DNA from: Spirochaetota bacterium | GTDB taxonomy: Bacteria > Spirochaetota > UBA4802 > JAFGDQ01 | Assembly (NCBI GenBank): GCA_043803405.1 | Contig: JAZDKB010000004.1 | Span: 1-64,000, forward strand | Reading direction: 5' to 3' | DNA length: 64,000 nucleotides | In this document: piece after piece, positions 58,570 to 64,000 of the stretch | How positions within the stretch are numbered: the first letter of the stretch is position 1 | Layout of the letters: each line of letters opens with the position of its first letter | The notes under the pieces: model-generated | The model's database searches: none | What the model saw: only the letters and a program-made list of their open reading frames with translations | Told to the model about the DNA's origin: nothing | Translations under genes and position numbers: made by a program

Positions 58570-60195
58570 TTGAGCTACCAAACAGTACCCGACAAACAAC
58601 AAAAAATTCTTCTGGTTGACGATGAGCCCCTTGTAAGGAACACGCTGTCGAAATACCTGGAAAGGATGGGTTATTTAATCGATACTGCGGAAGACGGGGG
58701 AGTTGCCATTGTTAAACTTGGAACAAGTGTCTTTGATCTTGTATTAACCGATCTTAAAATGCCCAATGTCGACGGGCGCGAACTTTTGCAGTATATGGCT
58801 GAAAAATTCCCGGATACTCCTAAAATCGTTTTAACCGGATTCGGAGAGGAAAAAGATATAATCATTGCTCTTAAAGCAGGCGCGAACGACTTTCTGTTCA
58901 AACCTATCGGCGATTTCGGTATTCTTAATCACTCGGTGCAAAAGGCGCTTGAAATAAAAAAGCTGCATGATGAAAAGGACAGATATTTTGAACAGGTAAA
59001 ACAGATTAATGAAATAATTTCTCTGCTCAATAAAGGCAAAACCGTTGAAGAAATATTTCGTTATTTAAGTGTATCATTAAGAAGAGTTATACCTTTTAAC
59101 AAAATATCGCTTGTACAGATCGATAAAATAAACAGTACAATTGTTACAAAGCTGACAAATTTAGACGGGGAAAAAGTTAAGCATGAAGGGCCTGTCATTC
59201 CGGTAAATATACAAAGGCTGGAAAAGGATACTGTATTCAGGAACAAGCTGATAATTAATAATTTAAACGAATATGTTTTTGCGGATGAAGAATTAGAACG
59301 CACGTTTTCAGGTTTAATTAAGTTACTGAAAGAGGAAAAGATTGAGTCGATGCTGGTTCTTCCGTTGATTGTTAATGATGAGATCAAAGGCTTTTTAAAT
59401 TTATTTTCTAAGATACCCGGTTTTTTCCGGAATGAGCATGTGACATTAATGGAATCCATGGCAGGGCATATCGCCCTTAGTATACAAAGGGCAGGGCTTC
59501 TCGACGATCTGGAAATTCATACAAAAAAACTTGAGCATCTTGTGGAACTTCGCACGAACGAGATACTGAAAACGCAGAGAACAACGCTATTTGCGCTCAG
59601 TAAACTGGCAGAAGTCAGGGACCGCGAAACAGGGGAACATCTGGAAAGAATCAGACGATACTCCATATTGACGGCTCAGATCTATAAATATACGAATAAT
59701 AAGTACAATATAACCAATATCTTCTTAAGAGACCTTTACGATTCTTCTATATTGCATGATATCGGGAAAGTCGGTATACCTGACGCTATTCTCAGGAAAG
59801 ACGGTCCATTGACTCGCGAGGAGTTTGAGGTTATAAAAACTCATATATATGTCGGGTACAATGCTTTAAAGACAGCTTCTAAAGAACTTGGGGAAAACTC
59901 TTTCCTTAAAATGGCTATGGATATTATTCTTTACCATCATGAGCGCTGGGACGGTACAGGATATCCCGAAGGATTAAAGGGTGAGGAAATACCTCTTGCA
60001 GCCCGAATAGTTACCATAAGTGATATATACGACGCTCTTGTTTCCAAAAGACCTTACAAAGATGCACTTTCACATGAAGCCGCAATGGAAATCATGAAGG
60101 CGCAGGAGTCTTTTTTTGATCCTGATCTTTTTAAAATTTTTATTGAAAATGCTTTGGAATATGATTTAATCAGAAAACACTTTATAGATAGATAG
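58570..60195 (+). CDS. REC-GAF-HD-GYP c-di-GMP phosphodiesterase
   Basis: LVDDE and DLKMP (receiver); ETGEHLERI, LHDIGK, HHERWDGTGYP and RPYK. Confidence 0.92.
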   Translation: MSYQTVPDKQQKILLVDDEPLVRNTLSKYLERMGYLIDTAEDGGVAIVKLGTSVFDLVLTDLKMPNVDGRELLQYMAEKFPDTPKIVLTGFGEEKDIIIALKAGANDFLFKPIGDFGILNHSVQKALEIKKLHDEKDRYFEQVKQINEIISLLNKGKTVEEIFRYLSVSLRRVIPFNKISLVQIDKINSTIVTKLTNLDGEKVKHEGPVIPVNIQRLEKDTVFRNKLIINNLNEYVFADEELERTFSGLIKLLKEEKIESMLVLPLIVNDEIKGFLNLFSKIPGFFRNEHVTLMESMAGHIALSIQRAGLLDDLEIHTKKLEHLVELRTNEILKTQRTTLFALSKLAEVRDRETGEHLERIRRYSILTAQIYKYTNNKYNITNIFLRDLYDSSILHDIGKVGIPDAILRKDGPLTREEFEVIKTHIYVGYNALKTASKELGENSFLKMAMDIILYHHERWDGTGYPEGLKGEEIPLAARIVTISDIYDALVSKRPYKDALSHEAAMEIMKAQESFFDPDLFKIFIENALEYDLIRKHFIDR

Positions 60196-60214
60196 AAGAA
60201 GAGGATTTGTAACA

Positions 60215-61117
60215 ATGTTAAGACAGAATGTGAGTTTCAGGTTCGGAGGCCCGATTACTGAAGCTGTAAAGAAATTAATGATAATAAATGCGGGAATATT
60301 TTTAATTCAGAAAATTTTATATCTTGTTTACCCGGGTATTTTTGAGCACATTTTCGGCCTTAACCACATTGGCCTGTTTTATGAGTTTAAAATCTGGCAG
60401 CCTTTTACATACATGTTTCTTCATGGAAGCATTTTGCATATATTTTTTAATCTGCTTACGCTATGGATGTTCGGAGGCGAACTGGAGCAGAGATGGGGTA
60501 AAAAGTTATTTATTCAGTATTATTTTTTTTCCGGCATAGGCGCAGGATTTTTTATTTCCATAATGAATTTTATTATTTTTGCAAATTACGGATATTCTCC
60601 GGTCACAATCGGGGCTTCAGGGGCTATTTACGGAATTCTTCTGGCTTACGGGATGACCTGGCCGAACAGGGAAGTGCTTCTTTATTTTGTAATACCGATA
60701 AAAATTAAATATCTGGTTATAGGTTTCGGATTGATCGAGTTTCTGGGCACAATAACAAGCGCAACCGGTTCCGGCGGGACTATCAGCCATATCGGTCATT
60801 TAGGCGGATTAATTTCAGGATTCCTTTTTTTGCTTTTCAGAAGAAAAAAATCCGTTAAAACGGACAAAAATCCTTCTGCGCAGAGTAGTGCGTCAACACC
60901 CGGTTCAAACGGAAAAATCTATCAGTTTTTAAGCCAGGATAAATTAAAACGCAAACAGGAAGAAACAGACAGCAGAATAAAAGCAAAAAAAATTATAGAC
61001 TCGCTTCTTGAAAAGATTGCAAGAGAAGGCATGAGCGCTCTCTCTCATAAAGAGAAAAGCGAACTGGAATGGGCAAGGAAGCATTATTATCCCAACGAAG
61101 AGGATATACTGCATTAA
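60215..61117 (+). CDS. Rhomboid family intramembrane serine protease
   Basis: HIFFN, GASG and HLGG motifs. Confidence 0.92.
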   Translation: MLRQNVSFRFGGPITEAVKKLMIINAGIFLIQKILYLVYPGIFEHIFGLNHIGLFYEFKIWQPFTYMFLHGSILHIFFNLLTLWMFGGELEQRWGKKLFIQYYFFSGIGAGFFISIMNFIIFANYGYSPVTIGASGAIYGILLAYGMTWPNREVLLYFVIPIKIKYLVIGFGLIEFLGTITSATGSGGTISHIGHLGGLISGFLFLLFRRKKSVKTDKNPSAQSSASTPGSNGKIYQFLSQDKLKRKQEETDSRIKAKKIIDSLLEKIAREGMSALSHKEKSELEWARKHYYPNEEDILH

Positions 61118-61234
61118 AATATATATAAATTAATAAACACAAGCTTCCCTGTAATCTCATAAAACTGCAAATTGTTTTAAAAGTTTAGGTGTTGAAATAA
61201 AAATAATTTTTCCTTTTATTATGGAGGTTTTTAA

Positions 61235-61579
61235 ATGAAAAAGTTGATCCCATTTATATTAATCCTGCCTCTTGTCGCATGGTTTTTCGATGACGACGAA
61301 AAGAAAGAAATGGTAGAAAAAAAATGGTTTAAGAACGATAATACTTTTGTAATTATTTGCAAAGGGTGGCCAAAGGAAAGCCTGACCGGCCAGGCGAGAA
61401 TTGATTCGGCCAAGGAAGCTGCATTAATGAACGCACAGTTTACAACAAAAGATTTATTCAGTAAACCGGTTGATGTTGTAAAGTTCGGTACAATTGAAAA
61501 TTATAAAATTTATGATAAATATGTGACAATTCAGTATGTAATAACCTATACTGGTTTACGCAGGTATTATAAAGGATAA
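61235..61579 (+). CDS. Hypothetical exported protein
   Basis: Signal peptide and GGAGG RBS. Confidence 0.7.
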   Translation: MKKLIPFILILPLVAWFFDDDEKKEMVEKKWFKNDNTFVIICKGWPKESLTGQARIDSAKEAALMNAQFTTKDLFSKPVDVVKFGTIENYKIYDKYVTIQYVITYTGLRRYYKG

Positions 61580-61589
61580 ATATAATTTT

Positions 61590-62051
61590 TTACTTTTCCT
61601 TGTAATAAAGATCTACATCAAACCCGCCGAATCTCGATTCAAAAGATATGTTGATATTTTCGTATAATGTCTTCATGGTTATCGGGTCGCTGTTGAATTC
61701 CGGCGGAGACAGCCGTATGTCTTTTTCCACGAACTGGAGCTGGTTGGCAAACGTGCCGGTTATCATGTTTGCGAGCTCTCCTGCAACGTCCGCATAATGT
61801 TTCTGCAATGATTTGAGGTTAGGTTTTGCATCCGGTATCATTTTTTGTATCAGAAGGTTCAGCGTGCCGGGAGGAATATTAAGAATAATCTCGCCCAGCA
61901 AGGATCCGTCAATTTCAATTGATACCTTTGCGTCTTTTCCGGATGATTGGGATTTATAAACTTCTTTGATTGTATTATCATTAAAAAAGTTTTTAAATAT
62001 ATGATCAACAGATCTTATTATGCAATTGTAATATCTGTCGTAACTGTTCAT
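61590..62051 (-). CDS. cheX: CheX/CheC-family phosphatase
   Basis: IDGSLLGEII, DVAGELANMITG (ExxN) and LSPP motifs. Confidence 0.8.
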   Translation of the reverse strand: MNSYDRYYNCIIRSVDHIFKNFFNDNTIKEVYKSQSSGKDAKVSIEIDGSLLGEIILNIPPGTLNLLIQKMIPDAKPNLKSLQKHYADVAGELANMITGTFANQLQFVEKDIRLSPPEFNSDPITMKTLYENINISFESRFGGFDVDLYYKEK

Positions 62052-62244
62052 GCCTGCCTCATTTTTTCTGAATATATCTTTCAGCAGATTTGATTTTCCG
62101 AATGGCGCAATATCAGGATTTTAATACATTGAATTATGCTGAAAAGATGCTCTTTATTCACGTCATATTAAAAGATGTTTTAGTCAAGTTTTATTTTTTG
62201 AGATATGTCGGGAATAGATATTATGCTTTTAGTGTATTCAGTAT

Positions 62245-63204
62245 CTACCCGGCGGCATCAATTGCCGCTTTCGCCGCTCCGAGAGCGGGAATTTTTTCTT
62301 CATCTTTGACAATTAAATATTTAATATTTTCTTTTAATCCTTTCTGGACTCTTTCCTGTACCATTTTTTTTACAACCGGCAGTATTAATTTACCGGCGCG
62401 TGACAAGCCTCCGCCGAATATAACTGCTTCAGGATTAAAAATTGATATGAGGTTCGATACCCCAATGCCGAGGAATTCCGATATTTCATTAATTTGTCTC
62501 ATGGCAAAGACATCGCCTTTAACCGCTTCTTCAAAAATAATTTTTGCGGATAATTTTTCGTTTTGAATTCTTCTGTTAACAGATGATGCAGCATTGCTCC
62601 GTAATCCCTTCCTGGCAGATTTAACGAGCGCTGTCGCAGAAGCGTACATTTCGAGACATCCCCTGTTCCCGCAATTGCATTTTCTGCCTTTGTAATCTAT
62701 AGTTGTATGCCCGGCTTCCATTGCGCTTCCGGAGCGTCCGGCATAAAGTTTTCCATCTATTACAACTCCGCCGCCTATGCCTGTACCAAGAGTAAGCATG
62801 ATCCAGTTAGAGAAATTTTTTCCGCTTCCTTTCCATTGCTCGCCGATTACGGCAGCAGTCGCGTCGTTCTCAAGAAATGTTTTTATACCAGTTCTTTTTT
62901 CAATTATTCTAACAAGCGGATAATTCTTCCATGCCTGTATATTCGCGCTTGTCAGTATAAGTCCTTTCTCTTTATCAATGGCACCTGCCGCGCCTATGCC
63001 TATAGCTTTTATTTTTGTTTTTAAAACATCTTTAGTGCCGGAATAATTTTTATTGCTAAATGTTTCCGCAATAGAACAAATACCTTTTTCAATATCAAGT
63101 GCATTTTTTTGTGTAGAAATTTTTTTAAAATTTAGAATATTCCCCTCTTTATCCGTAAGAATGCCTTTTATATTAGTGCCGCCTATATCTATACCTATAT
63201 ACAT
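62245..63204 (-). CDS. ROK family sugar kinase (glucokinase-like)
   Basis: IGIDIGGT, ENDA, TLGTGIGGG, EAGH and CNCGNRGCLE motifs. Confidence 0.92.
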   Translation of the reverse strand: MYIGIDIGGTNIKGILTDKEGNILNFKKISTQKNALDIEKGICSIAETFSNKNYSGTKDVLKTKIKAIGIGAAGAIDKEKGLILTSANIQAWKNYPLVRIIEKRTGIKTFLENDATAAVIGEQWKGSGKNFSNWIMLTLGTGIGGGVVIDGKLYAGRSGSAMEAGHTTIDYKGRKCNCGNRGCLEMYASATALVKSARKGLRSNAASSVNRRIQNEKLSAKIIFEEAVKGDVFAMRQINEISEFLGIGVSNLISIFNPEAVIFGGGLSRAGKLILPVVKKMVQERVQKGLKENIKYLIVKDEEKIPALGAAKAAIDAAG

Positions 63205-63310
63205 AAAAAACCTCGTAGAAATATCATTAAATGCCTTAATGATGATAATACAATTAAGTGATGCATAAAATCAAGCAGCTAAAAAAATTTTTGTAAAATA
63301 TGAAAAATTC

Positions 63311-63339
63311 TTGACAATAATTAGATATCTAAGTATTTT
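63311..63339 (+). promoter_or_regulatory. marR promoter with the palindromic operator TTAGATATCTAA
   Basis: TTGACA-N17-TATTTT; palindrome at 63321-63332. Confidence 0.75.
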
Positions 63340-63345
63340 TCATTT

Positions 63346-63771
63346 GTGAAGATAAAAAACACACTTTCAAATATCAGCAGAATAAAAGAAGCTGCTGATA
63401 ATTTTATTATGCGGGAGCTTGAGAAAAAAGGAATAAAAGGCATTGTTACTTCCCATGGAGGGATTCTGCATCATCTTTATCTGAGTCAAAGTCCTTTGAC
63501 AATGACCGACTTATCCGGTAAAATCAATAAAACACAGCCGACCATCACTGTTTTAATTAATAAGCTTGTAGCTCTAGGGTATGTTAAAAAAGAAAAATCC
63601 CAGAATGACGGACGGATCTTTTATATATCGCTGACAAAGAAAGGAGAAAGTTTCAGAAAAATTTTTTATGAAATATCACAGGAGCTGAATAAAAAAATTC
63701 ATAGCGTTCTTACGGAAACGGAATCTGATACTATTGATGAATTACTGGGAAAAATAGCGAAAAATTTTTAA
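63346..63771 (+). CDS. MarR family transcriptional regulator
   Basis: wHTH PTITVLINKL...GYV...DGRIFYISLT.KG. Confidence 0.9.
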   Translation: MKIKNTLSNISRIKEAADNFIMRELEKKGIKGIVTSHGGILHHLYLSQSPLTMTDLSGKINKTQPTITVLINKLVALGYVKKEKSQNDGRIFYISLTKKGESFRKIFYEISQELNKKIHSVLTETESDTIDELLGKIAKNF

Positions 63772-63786
63772 TTTTTTTTATATTTA

Positions 63787-63804
63787 TACTTAGATATCTA
63801 AGTA
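63787..63804. promoter_or_regulatory. Second MarR-type operator, perfect 18-bp palindrome TACTTAGATATCTAAGTA
   Basis: Same core as 63321-63332; lies upstream of the next gene. Confidence 0.75.
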
Positions 63805-63897
63805 CTTAGTATTTTGGTTTTATTTCAAGGCCTTGAAACATAATACCTTTGCTTTCGCGACGACCTGCATCGCAGGTGGCGGTTGGTATGTTAATAA

Positions 63898-63924
63898 CAG
63901 GGGCAAGCCCCTGGGAATTTTATT
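63898..63924. repeat. CAGGGGCAAGCCCCTG hairpin followed by GGAATTTTATT
   Basis: Related to 32853-32880. Confidence 0.55.
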
Positions 63925-63951
63925 TAAAAATAAATAACAGGAGTGTATTTT

Positions 63952-64000
63952 ATGGAAGAAGTAATTAGATTTTTAAAAGAAAATCCCATAGGATTTTTAG
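63952..64000 (+). CDS. Partial CDS, possibly pyridoxamine 5'-phosphate oxidase-like family
   Basis: AGGAG RBS then MEEVIRFLKENPIGFL; runs off the window. Confidence 0.45.
   Translation, partial: MEEVIRFLKENPIGFL

Overview
This is a gene-dense, AT-rich chromosomal window, mostly housekeeping and envelope genes. The organism is probably an anaerobic spirochaete-like bacterium; that is an inference from the short EF-Ts, CheX, DUF6675-like, DUF3996-like and many TPR/lipoprotein genes. Recognisable blocks: an IS256-family transposase start at the left edge, azlCD, rimO, higBA, a cobT-cobU-cobS-cobC cobamide operon, tsf-pyrH-frr-uppS-cdsA-dxr-rseP, glutamine synthetase III, mutL-coaC-coaB, a sirtuin, fhs, hisI-hisG, an HD-GYP regulator, CheX, a ROK kinase and MarR. 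The standout is an asparagine locus at 19.7-26.6 kb. It has a single 963-aa ORF fusing GatA to an archaeal-type non-discriminating AspRS, a 590-aa GatC-GatB fusion, and a divergently transcribed archaeal-type asparagine synthetase (AS-AR)-like aaRS paralog. This looks like a genetically fused two-chain transamidosome. It is interrupted by a brnTA module whose toxin has a nonsense codon and whose 3' end looks like a decayed integron attC. Also notable: an Lgt-MnmD fusion, a degenerate 5'-nucleotidase fused to a probable beta-barrel, a 45-bp element shared by two amino-acid gene leaders, and several families of small palindromic or MITE-like repeats, one with compensatory base changes. No rRNA, tRNA or CRISPR array was seen. 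All calls are by eye; no database searches were run.
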